This document shows positions 1 through 12,274 of a stretch of DNA of 64,000 nucleotides, in pieces. The stretch lies in contig CM126214.1 in NCBI GenBank assembly GCA_052327205.1, forward strand, positions 155,496,001 through 155,560,000. Direction: 5' to 3'. The position numbers were made by a program, and so were the translations under genes. How positions within the stretch are numbered: position 1 is the first letter of the stretch; each line of letters opens with the position of its first letter. This DNA comes from Somniosus microcephalus (Eukaryota). The notes beneath the pieces were generated by a model that did not search any database, was not told the origin of the DNA, and was given only the letters and a program-made list of their open reading frames with translations.

Positions 1-695
1 TCTCTGTGGGCTTTTGCACTGGAATTTGTGTTTATTAGAGCAGCGCGGCAATCTGTACAGGGGATCTGGGACTTGTGTGAATATGGCAAGCAATGGTGTG
101 TCTCCTTAACCAATCAGATTGAAGAATCCTTACTGAGCCGTGCAGAGTTGAAACCAGGAAGTGTAAGTTAACATAGTTAAATCAATGTCAAATCATGTAC
201 AGAAAACAAAATAAAGAGAGGGAAAGAAAGATGGGATTAAAAGAGGGAGAGAAAAGAAACAGAAAAAGTAATAGAAATGATTTACATTTTTAACAAATCT
301 CCAACATTAATTAAAATCTGAAGGAATGAGACTCCATACTTGTAAAAGTTAATTTTCAGTGCCAGAGAGGTTGTTTGGCAGTAATTAAGACTTATAACGC
401 TGTTAAAAATGCATTTACACTAGAATGGACAAGCCTTAACATTTTCTGGTGTGTTTAGTGGGTATCTATCACGTAAGTACCCCAACTTCATGCCCTTCCA
501 CGTATTTGAATGCCGAGTCTCTCAGTGAGATACCGGTATAGTGCAGCTTCTGGAGGAGCAGGGCAACTCGGACAGCAACTTCCTGATTTTTGTGTTTAAC
601 TGCACATGTGTGGATACCGGAATTTGCTTTTCAATTTACTCTTTAATAACAGTGAGCGCTGTTAGCCTCACCATTATTTCTACTGCAAAATCAAA
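1..695. mobile_element. Old non-autonomous DNA transposon (MITE-like), cut by the window start
   Basis: Long blocks (e.g. GAAGGAATGAGACTCCATACTTGT...AATTTTCAGTGCCAGAG; AACCAATCAGATTGAAG) are shared with 22853-24798, mostly in reverse complement, and more weakly with 39495-40160; ends in a GCAAAATC terminus-like motif. Confidence 0.55.
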
Positions 696-815
696 TCAAA
701 TATTATATAAGAATAAGGACAACATATATGATTTTTAAAATAGGGACAAGATTATGTTTGTGTGCCCTGGCCCAATTATTCCCTGCCTTCTAAACCCATT
801 TCACCTAAAGGCTTA

Positions 816-1495
816 GGGGGAAGAATTCGGTATCGCCCCATTTGGGGCGCCATTATTGGCGGTGTGCAAAGTTTAATGCCTGGCGCTAATTATCGCCTCT
901 GACAGCAAACTTGGCTTTTATCGCCCCTGGAGGTGATTGGAGCGCTAAATCAGGCGCTTCACACCTGTCTTGAGGCTCAAAGGCCGAGGAGGGAGGCGCT
1001 ACCTCAGAGCGCTGGTGAAGCAAGGAAGGGCAAATCTAAATAAACCTGCAAAGTGCTGCTCGGTACTCAAAACTCACACAGCATTGAATCTCTCCAGAAG
1101 TCTCTCTCTCTCTCTCTCTCTCTCAGAATGCGTGGTGCAAAAATGTCACAGACAAAAAAAGGCAGGAAGCGGTTGCCTTTAAATAGCGCTCCCCTAGTCC
1201 CTTTCTGACAGCATAACGCTCCCCTCAACCTGTCATTGCTAGCGGCAGGCGGTAAGGCAGGGGGCGTCACTCAATATCCGGTCCGGAGCGCTAAAGGGGC
1301 GTTGCACACTGGAATGACGTTACAAACTGCCGGCGCAGGAGATCGTGGCGGTAGTGTTTATCGCCGCTGCAAAATGTCTAGTTAATTTCGCGAGAGGCAC
1401 AAACATTGCCACGCCCGGCCTCTAGTTGCTTTGCGCCCCACTTGGCACCCTCTTAAGGCACTAACGGGAGGCGCAACCAACTGAATTTTTCCCCC
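816..1495. mobile_element. PIF/Harbinger MITE (deletion derivative of the 3258-7656 family)
   Basis: TIRs GGGGGAAGAATTCGGT / AACTGAATTTTTCCCCC; TTA TSD on both sides (813-815, 1496-1498); near-identical to both ends of 16006-17005 and similar to the right end of 3258-7656. Confidence 0.92.
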
Positions 1496-1972
1496 TTACT
1501 CTTAAAATAAATGTACTTTCTAAAATGATCAGTTGTAGAGTGAAGATTCCAATTATCTTTTCTACTTCGAGCTGTTTCGTGCTCTTATGCTTTGAAAAGA
1601 ACAGTCTACCGTCAGTCAGTATTTCCTATAATTGGCGCAACGTTCTTGAAAGTGGTCTCTCATTTTGTGACAACAATTCTTATTACAGGTTAAATATTAA
1701 CAAGGGTATAATCTTTAGATTTTGCAAGTGAAATCAACTGCACTGTAATGTTGACTAGAAACGGCTTCACATTGATACCCTTGAAAACTGCGCTGTCTGG
1801 ATAAGCAGCCAATCATATATCTAGGGGGCTTGTTTGATGTGTAGGATACAAATAATAAAACCATTGTTGCTTGCTATAAACTCTCACTATGCCTATGGAA
1901 AAATCCTGTTAACTGCATGTTAACAACCTTTAACAGGCAGTTAAGTGGCTATAATCTTCTTCCCGACACTAC

Positions 1973-2819
1973 GGACTGGATTTTGTCAATGGAGGCGACT
2001 TGGAGGCGGGACTGCTGCTTGTCGTGTCAATGTCCTGCCTCCATCCTCGCCTGGCCATTCAGAGGGATTTTCCCCTGATTGAGCCCGGCGGGCTCAGCAA
2101 GCCAATCAGGGAGGAAGTCACTGACAGATCATGTCAACGTCAGACACGCTATCTGTCAAGACTTCTTGAAAGAAGAAATTACACTTCCACTGCGGGCTTC
2201 CCGACGTCCGGACACCATGCCAGGTAAATGTGGCATGTTGTGAGTCTGCTGTAATGTTTATGCATTGATGACAGCTGCAGAAGCGGTGTGAAGGATCCAG
2301 TGGTGCACTGCTGAGTTTCAGAGGTAAGAAAATGTTGAGGAATTCATTTTTAATGCATTTAGACTTTTCTGTAGGTAACAAGTTTTGAATTGTATGTGTA
2401 GTCCCACTTCCTTGGGAGAATCTCTCTCACCAGTGACAGATTGCTTCTGTAACCTCACCTGCAGCTGCCATCTGTTCTAGCCTAAGGAGGGAGTCACTGG
2501 AGAGCCTGGGTGCAAGAGCTAACCTGTGAACAGTGATTGTCAGTGTTTGCAGCACCTCAATGCTGTCAAACACTGAAAAATCAACAGTCAAAAAAAATTG
2601 TGCGCGGTCCCTTTAAGAAACCCGGCAGATGCCGCGTCATCAAATGACGTCATCTGGCACTGGATTCCTCTTAATTGGCCGGCATGCCCTCAGGGTGGGC
2701 TTAACAAGGCCAATTGATGTAAAATTACGTCTGTGGGCCGGATGTAGTTGGGGGCCGGACTGGAATCCGGAAGGCAGCTGACCCGCAACCAAGCCACCTC
2801 AAAGCATAAAATCACGACC
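1973..2819. mobile_element. Diverged Harbinger-like MITE related to 35463-36274
   Basis: Degenerate TIRs GGACTGGATTTT / AAAATCACGACC; shares internal blocks (TTAATTGGCC...CAGGGTGGGCT, AAACACTGA) with 35463-36274. Confidence 0.6.
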
Positions 2820-2824
2820 TTTGT

Positions 2825-3256
2825 GTTCTCCTCTCTGCTTACTGTCCCACCTAGCTTTGTATCATCAGCAAACTTGGATACTTTACACTTAGTCCCTTCA
2901 TCTAATCATTAATATAGATTGTAAATAGCTGAGGCCCAAGCACTGATCCTTGCGGCACCCCCTAGTTACAGCCTGCCAACCTGAAAAAGATCCGTTTATC
3001 CCTACTCTCTGTTTTCTGTCCGTTAACCAGTCCTCTATCCATGCTACTATATTACCCCATGAGCCCTAATATTGTGTAATAACCTTTTATGTGGCACCTT
3101 ATCGAATGCCTTTTGGAAATCCAAATATACTACATCCACTGGTTCCCCTCTATCTACCCTGCGTGTTACATTCTCAAAAAACTCTAATAAATTTGTCAAA
3201 CACAATTTCCCTTTCATAAAACCATGTTGACTCTGCCTAACCTTATGATTTTCTAA
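2825..3256 (-). mobile_element. CR1 (HER1-like) LINE reverse transcriptase fragment
   Basis: Nearly collinear with 52490-52860, which encodes VDVVYLDFQKAFDKVPHKRL; abuts the truncated left end of the Harbinger element. Confidence 0.85.
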
Positions 3257-3443
3257 CGTCGGGGAGCGAGGCGCTACCTGAGAACACTAATGAAGCTCAG
3301 GCGATGTCAATTACCCTGGAACTCAGACAGACTGGTGCCGTTCAGTTCTTAAAGGAAAGAGTCCATCTAGCTGCACAGCCACACCCTGCTCATTGCAGCG
3401 TTGAACCTCGGCCTGCAAACACCTACTCAGTTGAACAATTGTG

Positions 3444-5674
3444 ATGGATACTCAGAAGCCCAGGGAGAGAGCTCAGTGCTTTAGCGACCATGCATTGGTG
3501 GCTCTGGTTGACGGTGTTAAACGGTGATGGGCAGTGCTCTTTCCAGAGAGTGGCAGGAGGCCATTGCTCCGCAGTTTAGAAAAGTCTGGAGGGAGGTGGC
3601 CCAGTATGTGTCATCGCGGAGCCTGGTGCAGAGGACACATACGCAGTGTCGTAAAAAGTTCAACGACCTAACTCTGGTGGCTAGGGTGAGTACCTGCTTT
3701 TCAATAACTCTACATTCCACCATCTCAACTTCACTCTATGCACAGATGGTGTAAGTACCCAAATGCCCAACTTTCATCCAACAACTATTGTGAGGCAGCA
3801 CGGTGGCATAGTGGTTAGCACTGTTGCCTCACAGTGCCAGGGACCCGGGTTCGAATCCAGCCTCGGGCGACTGTCTGTGTGGAGTTTGCACATTCTCCCC
3901 GTGTTTGCGTGGGTTTCCTCCGGGTGCTCCGGTTTCCTCCCACAGTCCAAAGATGTGCGGGTTAGGTTGATTGGCTATGATAAATTGACCCTTAGTGTTA
4001 GGGGGATTAAATACGTGGGGTTACAGGGATAGGGTGGGATATGTGTTGGTGTAGGGGTTACAGGGATTGGGTGGAATATGTGTCGGTGCAGGCTCGATGG
4101 ACCGAAATGGCCTCTATCTGCACTGTGGAGTTTCTGTGAACTATGGCCATCTCATAAAACTCACATGCACATCCCACACCTTGCAGACATTAACGCTATT
4201 CATCTATCGTAGGTACTTCTGCCAAACACATGGCTGCACTCTCACTCACACGCTGTCCTTTTTCTTGCAGGCCAAGCTTTTATATAACCGGTGAGAGATC
4301 CAGTGGATGGGAGGAGGACAGGCAGAGCTACACCCCCTCACAAAATTGGAGGAGAGAGTCCACAGACTCACTGCGAGCCAGGTAGTAGGCACCATGGCCG
4401 TTGGAGAGGTCAACCCCCTTGGAGACAACAACGGTATGTTCATCAGCTTGCTCTCCTTTCTCATACCACTTCCCCCTCACAACACCAGCCTTTCAATCTA
4501 ACTAACTGTCTCTAGTCCTTGCTCCCTTCTTGCCCCCCTGCCCTCACACTAAAGCCACTCTTTTACCTTCCTGCTTGCAGATAGTGAACCACCTTTTGAT
4601 CAGCCTGTCCCTCAGCCTGCCAGTGGCAGTGATGCACCAGAGGAGGAGGAAGAGGAAGCTGGAGCCTCACAGCCTGCGTCTTCGAGGGTGACACTTCCGA
4701 CACTGGGGCCACATGTTCACTGGAGGGGAGCAGGGGGTTAGTATCTGATGTGGGTGAAGCTCCGGGACCCAGCAGGCTGCAGCAGTGCCATGGGAGAAAG
4801 GAAGCTCGGGGGCCATCTCCCCGGAGGGTGAGTACACGCACGAGTTCTGCTGCACGGGACTTGGATGAGGACCTCGATATCGCGGCAATGAATACCCAGG
4901 CGATGAGCATGCATACCGAGTTCATGGGTGCAATGGCTAGGGTGCCCAGGAGCATGGATGCACTGGCTAGGAGCATGGAGGAGTCCACCGACAGCACAAC
5001 TATTATCTGTGCGCAAACCCTTGAACCCATCCTTGCCTCGTTGCAGAGGATGGTTGAATTGCAGAGAGACCGTAGGGAACCAAAGTCCATGCCCATGTAA
5101 TGGGTGAGGTGGCAGCGTCTATTGCAGCACAGGCTGACACAATGCAATGGTTTAGTGTTGCAATCGAGTCATTGGCCATCCAATCTCAGACTGTTCTGAT
5201 GCACTCTCAGTTTGATGTCACGCAAGTGCTGACTGCTGCCATCCCCGCTGGGTCGCCCACAGTCCACCGGGGATCTCATGGTTCTGCAGCAGGCCAGCAA
5301 TCTGTGCTCGAGCAGATTGCTCCGGATGCTGAGGTGCTGCCCCGTGGGAGTGCCAGTGTGTCAGTCGAGCAGGAAGTTGCTGTCCTCTCTCAGGATGATA
5401 GCATTCCTGCTCCCACCACTGCCACTTCGCATTGCACTTGCCACCGCCTGCAGCCCAGACCGCTGCCGCCCATGCAGAGTTGGTGCAGTCTGCAGCCGGG
5501 CCCTCCAGGCCCAGAGCTGGTCAAGGGCGTCCATCTGCAGTCTCTGGATCCAAGATTCAGCAGCCTTCCGCCAGCCTTGCTGCAGCCACTGAGGCCACAT
5601 TACAGAGGAGCAGTAGGGTGGGAAGGGGGGACGTGCACAGGGGATGGAGATCACCCTCGAAGGCCGAAAACTAA
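3444..5674 (+). pseudogene. Harbinger ORF1 Myb/SANT-like DNA-binding protein (MSANTD/NAIF1-like), 3 exons, disrupted
   Basis: Exon 1 3444-3685 (MDTQKPRERAQCFSDHALVALVDGV...WREVAQYVSS...RTHTQCRKKFNDL, donor GTGAGT); exon 2 4271-4434 (MGGG...LTKLEERV); exon 3 from 4581; in-frame TGA stops and frameshifts. Confidence 0.85.
3794..4137 (+). mobile_element. HE1-like V-SINE (tRNA head) in intron 1 of the Myb gene
   Basis: tRNA A/B boxes (TGGCATAGTGG, GGTTCGAATCC), V-domain TGTGTGGAGTTTGCACATTCTCCCCGTG...GGGTTTCCTCCGGGTGCTCCGGTTTCCTCCCAC, CR1-like tail GATGGACCGAAATGGCCT. Confidence 0.88.
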
Positions 5675-5978
5675 AATTTATATAATAAATGGGGGGAATG
5701 TTTGTGGGAAAGTTTGTTGTTCATCTTAATATATTTGTTTACTATTTTAACGCTTATCTCGATGTGGTAAGAATGAGTTTTATTAGTTTATGAATTTTTG
5801 TGTTAGTTTCTAATCGTCCTGAATAAATAAGACACAGTTTGTAATATAAATACATTTTTTATTGGAACTTTACAACTTTGCTGATTTGACTCATTGGAGC
5901 TTTGCCCGACAATAGGGACTGCGAGATGGCTGTAATGATGTGCTTCTTCATCCCAGAAGCCATCCTCTCTGTCATTCG

Positions 5979-7166
5979 TCAGAAGCGGCGTCTTATCAGG
6001 CGTTCTCTGACGGCCCTTGCAGAGGCAACATTGTGCGCCTCCCTCCCATGTTGGTGCTGCTGATCCTCCTCTTCATCCTCCTCCTCCGCCTCCTCCTCTT
6101 CCTCCTCCTCCTCCTCTCCCTCTTCCTCCTCCTGAGGTGGTGCACCAATCTCTAGTGACAATGGCTGGGTTCTCATAATTGCAAGGTTGTGAAGCATGCA
6201 ACACACAACAATGAAAAACGAGACTCGCTCGGGAGAGTACTGCAGGGCTCCTCCAGAGTGGTCAAGACACCGGAACCGTTGCTTCAAGACATCGATCGTC
6301 TGCTCAATGAGGTTCCTGGTGGCGCTATGGCTCTCATTGTATGTGAGCTCAGCAGGAGTGTTGGAGTTATGGAGCGGTGTCATCAGCCAGGTGCACAGTG
6401 GATAACCCTTGTCCCTGAGGAGCCAGCCATGAGGGTGATGTGGTGTTTGGAAGAGGTCTGGGACACCAGTCTGGCGCAGAATGAAAGCATCTTGGCTGCT
6501 GCCAGGATAGCGGGCATTGATGGCGAGGATGTGCTGTCTGTGGTCACACACCAACTGAACATTCAGAGAGTGGAAGCCCTTGCGATTTCGGAACACCTCT
6601 GCATTTTCATGAGGTGCCCGCAATGCCATGTGTGTGCAGTTAATGGCGCCCTGAACCACGGGGAAGCCCGCTATCCTAGCAAAACCGCATGCGCGTTCAC
6701 GCTGTTCATCCCGGGTCATGGGGAAAGAGATGTACTCTCTGCTCTTTTTGTACAGTGCATTTGTGACCTCCCGGATGCAGCAATGGACAGTGAACTGGGA
6801 GATATTCGCTGTGTCCCCAGTTGAAGCCTGGAAGGAGCTGCTGGCATAGAAATTCAGAGCCACCATCACCATCACTGTCACTGACAGAGACATCCTGGTC
6901 CTGAGCTGAGGCTGCAGATCTGGTTGCAGGAGGTGGCAGAGCTCAGTGACCATCTCCTTGCTGAAGCGCAGCCTTCTGAAACACTGCTCCTCGGACAAAT
7001 GAAGGTAGGAGAATTGCTCCCGGAATACCCTGGGAGGGTAAGGTCTCCTGTGCAGAGGCCTGTTGGCCCTCCTCCCTCTGGCCACATTTGCCACTCTCTC
7101 TCTGCTCCTCTGCTGCCTCCAAAGGTGAAGCTGGAGGATGACGCCCCGAGTTAGTACAGCCCCCAT
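5979..7166 (-). CDS. Harbinger (HARBI1-like, DDE_Tnp_4) transposase, 395 aa; frame open but catalytic motifs mutated
   Basis: Motifs ALNFYASSSFQ, GFPVVQGAINCTH (normally GAIDCTH), RNRKGFHSLNVQLVCD, YPGSSQDA, WLLRDKGY, IEQTIDVLKQRFRCLD, CCMLHNLA; acidic C-terminal tail. Confidence 0.92.
   Translation of the reverse strand: MGAVLTRGVILQLHLWRQQRSRERVANVARGRRANRPLHRRPYPPRVFREQFSYLHLSEEQCFRRLRFSKEMVTELCHLLQPDLQPQLRTRMSLSVTVMVMVALNFYASSSFQASTGDTANISQFTVHCCIREVTNALYKKSREYISFPMTRDEQRERACGFARIAGFPVVQGAINCTHMALRAPHENAEVFRNRKGFHSLNVQLVCDHRQHILAINARYPGSSQDAFILRQTGVPDLFQTPHHPHGWLLRDKGYPLCTWLMTPLHNSNTPAELTYNESHSATRNLIEQTIDVLKQRFRCLDHSGGALQYSPERVSFFIVVCCMLHNLAIMRTQPLSLEIGAPPQEEEEGEEEEEEEEEAEEEDEEEDQQHQHGREAHNVASARAVRERLIRRRF
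6062..6134. repeat. Imperfect (CCT)n/(GAG)n tract encoding the transposase poly-Glu tail
   Basis: Direct reading of the sequence. Confidence 0.85.
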
Positions 7167-7659
7167 TTAAAATCTTCTAAATGTGGTAAATATGAAGCTC
7201 AGATAAATAGGAATCTGAAAAGTGGTGCTCAGAACCAAAACTCCTTAGGACATTGTTAACTCTCTCCAGACGTCTCTCTCCCTTTCAACTTGCATATGCC
7301 AAAAGTTTTGCCGACAAGAAAAAGCAGGAAGCGCATGTCGTTAAATAGCGCTCCCCCAGCCCCTTCCCAACTTCAAAACGTCCCCCTCTACCTGTCATTC
7401 CTAATGGCAGGCACTAAGGCAGGGGGCGAGAATGAATTTCCGGTCCGGGGCTCTACCGGGGCGTTGCACGCTTGTGTGATGTCACGATCTGTGGACGCAG
7501 GAGATTGTGGCGGTAATGTTTAGCGCCACTGCAAAATGACAGGTCAATTTTGTGAGTGGCGCTAAAATCGCAGCGCTTGGGCGCTAAGTTGCTAGCGCCC
7601 CATAGCGCCCCCCAGAAGCGCTAATGGGAGACGCTAACCAACCGAATTTTTCCCCCTTA

Positions 7660-7945
7660 TGCTTGTGTTTAAATCCCTCCATGGCCCCACCTCTCTCTAT
7701 CTCTGTAACCTCCTCTAGCCCTACAAGCCTCCACGTACTCTGCGCTCCTCTGGCCTCTTGTGCATCCCCGACTTCCTTTGCCCCACCACTGGTGGCCGTG
7801 CCATCAGCTGTCTGGGCCCTAAGCTCTGGAATTCCCTCCGTAAACCTCTTAATCTCTCTACCTTCTTCTTATCCCATAAGATGCTCCATAAAACCTACCT
7901 CATTGACCAAGCATTTGGTCACCTGTCCCAATATCTCCTTCAGTG
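7660..7945 (+). mobile_element. L2 LINE 3' fragment
   Basis: Translation TGGRAISCLGPKLWNSLRKPL...LHKTYLIDQAFG, typical of the L2 ORF2 C-terminus. Confidence 0.75.
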
Positions 7946-9064
7946 TCATTTCCGTCATTCAGTGTTGACAGTTTAAATGACGTTCTTTCCACAAAGTGAA
8001 GGCCCATTAGGACTTCCTGACTTACACAGCTCAATTTAGAAAGTAAAGCCTATTACAGTTATCCTTTGTTGTCCTCGGCAGAGCACAGCACATCTCTGCA
8101 AGCAGTTCAATTCAAAATACTGCCATCATAACTCTAAGTTATTCTCTGACACATCAGACGCCTGCAGCATCCTATGACTCTGTTTTCCCATTAGTAGCTC
8201 TTCAAGATACATATCAAAAACTAACTAATGAAAGAATTTACATTTTTAACCTGCATGCATTTCTTGTATTGTGTTGTCTTCAGCCTACATAGCTTTCCTA
8301 TGCTTGTGAGTTCACACTGGTTGGTGTCCAATAATACATTTACACTAGTGCGTACATCAAAATGTTTAAAGATCACTTTGCTATCAGCTCTATCTTCTCA
8401 TTCACAAATGTCTGATGCAATCCTTTCCACTTTGTTTCACTTCTGGTCCAAGCTTAACCCCACTTACACAACAGCAGATCAGGGATATTGGACCTCAGAT
8501 TAATGCTCTATGCACGCACATGATGTATATCACTTCACTGGAACGTATCCAGCAGGAGACTCAGATGCGACTCATTTTCCATCAGATACTATTATGGCGT
8601 CATCTTAACCTGCCAACTGGTAAAGAAGCTTTAGCTATGAACGGTGGGTGAAGGCCTGATTAATTCACTCAGCCTGGATCTGCGTCCCTTCCTTTACTAT
8701 TGCGTAAATACCTTACCAGTCAGCAGACTCTTTAGGGGCAGTTGAGAAATGAAGCAGCCCAGTACTAGCTACTGTATCACTAATTTAGTTTCTATTCCTT
8801 TCAATGATTCTTTGACTTCATTTTTTCCCCCTTTCATCTATCATTCTCTCTTTTGCATGTCATTGTCTTCTCCATGTGTCATCTATTTGCTTATCTGCTA
8901 TGTACATTAGTACATTCATTATAGTATCAGCAGTGAGATTATATTGTATTTGAACATGCCAGGGTTTTATTACAACAAAATATTGTCATTTCAATGAAGG
9001 AGGTGCATGTTGGTTATTTACTTTGGGCTGAAAGCACGTTGGAACACTATTATAAAAACCTTAC

Positions 9065-9132
9065 CCTTCTTGGTAGGGAGGGTTGACTGACATTCCCATT
9101 GATGCTACCAACATTACTGCTTGATTGATTCA
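9065..9132 (-). CDS. Candidate 68-nt internal exon of an unidentified host gene
   Basis: Minus strand GTGTTTTTCCTAG|TGAATCAA...CCAAGAAGG|GTAAGG; only one of three frames is open (xNQSSSNVGSINGNVSQPSLPRR); lies in apparently non-repetitive DNA; no homology recognised. Confidence 0.45.
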
Positions 9133-9657
9133 CTAGGAAAAACACTTGGATGGAATGGCTGCCTCTCAACCCTAGATTTCCCTCTCTTCCCAAATGTTCC
9201 TTTAAAAAATGAATGGAATTTGGAAAGCCCAAGGGCAGATGTCAAACTCCAGTTTCTTAGTGGGAAATCTGACAGTTGAATATTCTAGTACCATGAGGGT
9301 GTTTGTTAAAGTGATGCAGAACTAATGTGGCTAGAATCCAAGTTTAAGTAAGTTCGGCGTTTCTTTGAGCCTCAAATTGTTTAAACTGATTTCCGCCCAT
9401 TTTAAATTTGGGTGTATTCTAATGAGATTGGGAGGATACTTGACATCGGCAAAATGGGCACGACATTGGTCGCAATTTTGGGTCTAACTTTGGAATGCGC
9501 CCACGGAGGAAACTCCAGGACGTTGTGTTTAAACTGTGCTTCCAATTTCACCAGCAGTGTGCTGCTTGGCCAAATCCAATGTTTCCCCACATGTATTCAC
9601 ATGAAACAAGTATTGCAAAGAGGGTAAACAGCACATGCACAGAGCTTTAAACTGTAA

Positions 9658-10377
9658 GGGCTAAAAATTCGGTGGTGCCACGTTTGGGGCGCCAAGCTCG
9701 CCTGGGCGCCGGAATTTGCGCTCCGGCCAGAGCCGCTTGCGCCCTCCCGATATTCAGTGGGAGCGCCCCAAGAGGGACTCGGGGCGCTGCTCAAGGCTCC
9801 CCGCGTCCCGCTTGGGGCGCTCAAACTGAATATCGCCGCGCTACGTGCCACAGCGCCACATGCTGTGGCACGGCGCGCTGCTGTACTGCAGGCCTTCCTC
9901 CCCTTCTTAAGGGGGAGGGGCCTGCACCAGCGCAATCACCGATCGCGAGTGCCAGCAAAAGAGCCCGACACCGAGGAGAAGTGCCGGGCTTTTGGGACAC
10001 AGCCGGCACTGCCCGGGGGGTGGATCAGGAGGCTGGGGAGGGCGGCGTGAGGAGGTGCTGGCAGGCGGCCACCGGAAAAAATGGCCGCCCTGCACCTCCA
10101 CCTTAATTTGCGCCACTACCGCCACAGGTAGGCCCTGTGAACCGGTCGCGATTTGCGACCGGCGTTACAGAGGCGGGCGCGACCAAATATCGCGATCGGG
10201 GCGGGAGCGGGGCGCTGCGCACACCAATGACGTCATCGGTGGTGGCGCAGCGCTACAAGCTAACGCCGCCATTAGCGCCCCGCTAAATATCGCGGGAGGC
10301 GTGGCCAGTGGCGCTAAAGCCACTGAGTGCCCTCTTTGGGCGCTAACTGGTGGTGCAGCCCACTGAATTTCTAGGCC
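9658..10377. mobile_element. GC-rich Harbinger MITE
   Basis: TIRs GGGCTAAAAATTCGGT / ACTGAATTTCTAGGCC; TAA TSD; homologous to 24107-24727, 41212-41918 and 42600-43287. Confidence 0.9.
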
Positions 10378-11113
10378 TAAGAGTATTGGGTGATTGCAAA
10401 ACCGGAAAATTGGCCAAAACAACTGACCAGAACCACTAGATTTGTGATAAATTCACGAGTTAAAAATGCAGATGATCTTGTGACTAATAAAGTGTACACT
10501 ATTGATCAGTACAAGTGTTCAGCCAGCATTTATATATCCATTCCCTCACGCCGGAATGGACAGGTACACAGATCAATTACACTGTCGATTTACCATCCAT
10601 TTTGGGTGCAGGTCGAATTTCTCCCACAACGCGTTTTACGGGGGGACTTTGTTAATAAAACTTGTACAAGTGTTGTACATCAGAGAATTTTCTGTATCAG
10701 CTCGAACTAAATTAATTTCTCTTCAGGTGGATTTTTTTCCTAGACTATCTGAACAGTTTTATATTACTGTTCTGCTGAACAATATACAGTGGTAACTGTT
10801 CTCTCTTTTATTTTGAGTAATGAACACCATGATCAAAAAATGTGTTTGTGAATAAGAGCTGCATTTGACCCACTTGACACTTAGTCTGATATGAAAGAAT
10901 TGCGGAATTGCTCAGTTTGTCCTTTCCATGGCCTGGCCTTTTTTTTTGTTGAAAAATCCAAATAAAGCAATCTTTGTTTGTCATGTGATTGGAGTTTAAA
11001 GCCAGTATTTTCTTCTACAACATTCATGTCTCCACAGCCCATCGTCAACTGACAATTACTTCACCCCATGTCAGGCTAATACTACTCTGCCAAGCCTTAT
11101 ATAGAATTACATT

Positions 11114-12208
11114 GGGCTAGAAATTGGGCACCTTAGCGCCTCCCATAAATGCCTCCAGGGGCGCTAATGGGGCGCTAAGCAGTTACCGACCGGGCATGGC
11201 AAGAATATCAACTCCCGTTATATTTGGCGGGAGGTTTGCGGTGGTGGTATGGCGTTGCGCCTCAATCTCCTTCGCCCGGAGATTGTGATGTCATTGTCGT
11301 GCGCATTGCCCCGGACCTGAACTTTGCTTCTGCCCCCTGCTGCATCGCCGGGCGAAAACAACGGCAGCTGCAGGAGGCGTTCTTCAGGAGGCCGGGTGCT
11401 TCGGAGGCGATGCTTAAAGGCGAGGTGGCCGAGGTAAGTGAAAAATATTCTGAAATGCTGTTGCTCATTTTCTTTCCTTATCTTGGCCAGCGATCGATCA
11501 GCCCGGCACTCTGCTGCAGTGCATCCGGCTGATTGGGCCAGATTGCGGCTGTCGTCGGGGACCAGGTAAGTTTTGCCATTGCAGAGCCTGCAGTGATGGC
11601 CCTTCCCTTTAAGGGAAGGAAGGAGCCTTCCAACGCGGCAGCGCTGCACTCCTACCGCCCTGCCTGTTGCGCTCCAGGAAGGAAGTGGAACGCTTGATTT
11701 AACTGGACCACCGGACGTCTCAAAGCGCTTTACAACCAATGAATTACTTTTGAAGTGGAGTCACTATTGTAATGTAGGAAACGTGGCAGCCAGTTTGCGC
11801 ACAGCAAGGTCCCACAAACAGCAGCGTGATAATGGCTAGATAATCTGTTTTGTTATGTTGGTTGAGGGATAACTATTGGCCAGGACACCAGGGATAACTC
11901 CCCTACTCTTCTTCAAAATAGTGCCATGGGATCTTTTATGTCCACCTGAGAGAGCAGACGGGGCCTCGGTTTAACGTCTCATCTGAAAGACGTCACCTCC
12001 GACAGTGCAGCACTCCCTCAGCACTGCACTGGAGTGTCAGCCTAGCTTTATGTGCTCAAGTCCCTGGAGTGGGACTTGAACCCACAACCTTCTGACGCAG
12101 AGGCAAAACCGAATGTTTTAAAAGTTGAAAAACATTAGCATCTGGCGCTAATCTTTTCAACTTTTAAAAGTTAGTGCCCCAAACGGGGCGATACCAAATT
12201 TCTCCCCC
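11114..12208. mobile_element. Harbinger MITE carrying an inserted SINE
   Basis: TIRs GGGCTAGAAATTGG / ACCAAATTTCTCCCCC; imperfect TSD ATT/ATA; sits within an (ATAGAAT)-type CR1 tail. Confidence 0.8.
11706..12104 (-). mobile_element. Deu-domain tRNA SINE (SacSINE1/AmnSINE-like), truncated at both ends
   Basis: Reverse complement of most of 12275-12734. Confidence 0.85.
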
Positions 12209-12274
12209 ATAGAATTTACAGCACAGAAACTGGCCATTCAGCCGAACAGGTCTATGCTGGTGTTTATGTGTTAA

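Larger units (their letters stand above)
3258..7656. mobile_element. PIF/Harbinger DNA transposon with two convergent genes, left end truncated, decayed
   Basis: Myb/SANT gene on + and HARBI1-like transposase on -; right TIR ACCGAATTTTTCCCCC followed by TTA (7657-7659); sequence at 3258-3420 matches the left arm of MITE 16006-17005, but the left TIR itself is missing. Confidence 0.93.

Noticed and set aside
3794-3870. tRNA gene (also 12275-12350 and 49650-49742)
   Set aside because: A/B boxes continue into SINE bodies and LINE-type tails; no convincing cloverleaf or acceptor stem
5940-6155. Leu-rich ORF resembling a membrane peptide
   Set aside because: Antisense translation of the transposase GAG repeat
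5979-7166. Host HARBI1 gene
   Set aside because: It is intronless, lies next to a TIR, is paired with a Myb ORF and has MITE relatives, so it is a transposon copy rather than the domesticated orthologue; no gene symbol assigned
816-7656. One large composite Harbinger running from the left TIR at 816 to the right TIR at 7656 (both flanked by TTA)
   Set aside because: 816-1495 is self-contained with its own TSD, and TTA is a common target; the intervening DNA is unrelated repeats, so left-end loss is the simpler explanation
9597-10422. Cluster of overlapping Ala/Arg/Gly-rich ORFs (likewise 23984-24508, 36871-37515, 41286-41785, 62095-62609)
   Set aside because: Stop-poor GC-rich MITE or LTR-leader sequence with no recognisable domains
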